In this document: positions 59,210 through 59,294 of the stretch, one piece after another
How positions within the stretch are numbered: position 1 is the first letter of the stretch
Layout of the letters: each line of letters opens with the position of its first letter
Assembly: GCA_045576795.1 (NCBI GenBank)
Contig: JAZNHE010000109.1
Span: 1-59,294, forward strand
DNA length: 59,294 nucleotides
Reading direction: 5' to 3'
Source of the DNA: Eubacteriales bacterium
Lineage (GTDB): Bacteria > Bacillota > Clostridia > Oscillospirales > CAG-272
Notes under the pieces: generated by a model
Seen by the model: the letters and a program-made list of their open reading frames with translations, nothing else
Told to the model about the DNA's origin: nothing
Databases searched by the model: none
Made by a program: the position numbers and the translations under genes

Positions 59210-59243
59210 ATAACTCTCTCGATATTCTCGGGAGAGTTATTTT
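59210..59243 (+). terminator. Hairpin, probable terminator after efp
   Basis: ATAACTCTCTCGA/TCGGGAGAGTTAT followed by Ts. Confidence 0.6.
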
Positions 59244-59259
59244 ATAAAAGGAGAAGAAA

Positions 59260-59294
59260 ATGGGTATTAGTGAAAACGCAGCATATCTTAAAGG
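59260..59294 (+). CDS. 5' end of a gene truncated by the window edge (MGISENAAYLK..., CD1247-N-like)
   Basis: AGGAG RBS; the AYLKG start is typical of the small protein that follows efp in Clostridia. Confidence 0.55.
   Translation, partial: MGISENAAYLK

Noticed and set aside
1-59294. tRNA, rRNA, prophage or IS genes
   Set aside because: I recognised no cloverleaf or rRNA sequence in the intergenic gaps, and no transposase, integrase or phage structural motifs in the ORFs.

Overview
A chromosomal window from a low-GC Firmicute of Clostridia type, inferred from gene content and order. Most of it is housekeeping: rpsF-ssb-rpsR, ispE, hslO, a PPi-type PFK, SAM-I-riboswitch metK, recD2, a reduced dcw cluster (mraZ to ftsZ), ispD-ispF, rpe, ruvAB and the nusB-xseAB-tlyA-nadK-argR-recN-murB-whiA-dnaE-clp-efp run. 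The first 4.4 kb, downstream of rpsR, is an accessory patch. It holds the end of a protein with three Ada-like Zn repeats, a chain of mini-hairpins joined by four TCGATAT then four ATATCGA motifs, a PhnP-like hydrolase, a pseudogene, a GH-like TIM-barrel gene, and two diverged copies of a ~130-bp structured element. Other points of note are a Shango-type TerB/ATPase/Lhr-helicase trio in a housekeeping operon, an MreB paralog that appears to have lost catalytic residues and is followed by an unannotated 32-aa membrane peptide, a 1-kb gene-free region with many DnaA-box-like 9-mers, and a candidate structured RNA or operator between ispF and rpe. I recognised no rRNA, tRNA, CRISPR array, integrase or transposase. 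All calls come from reading motifs by eye; no searches were run.
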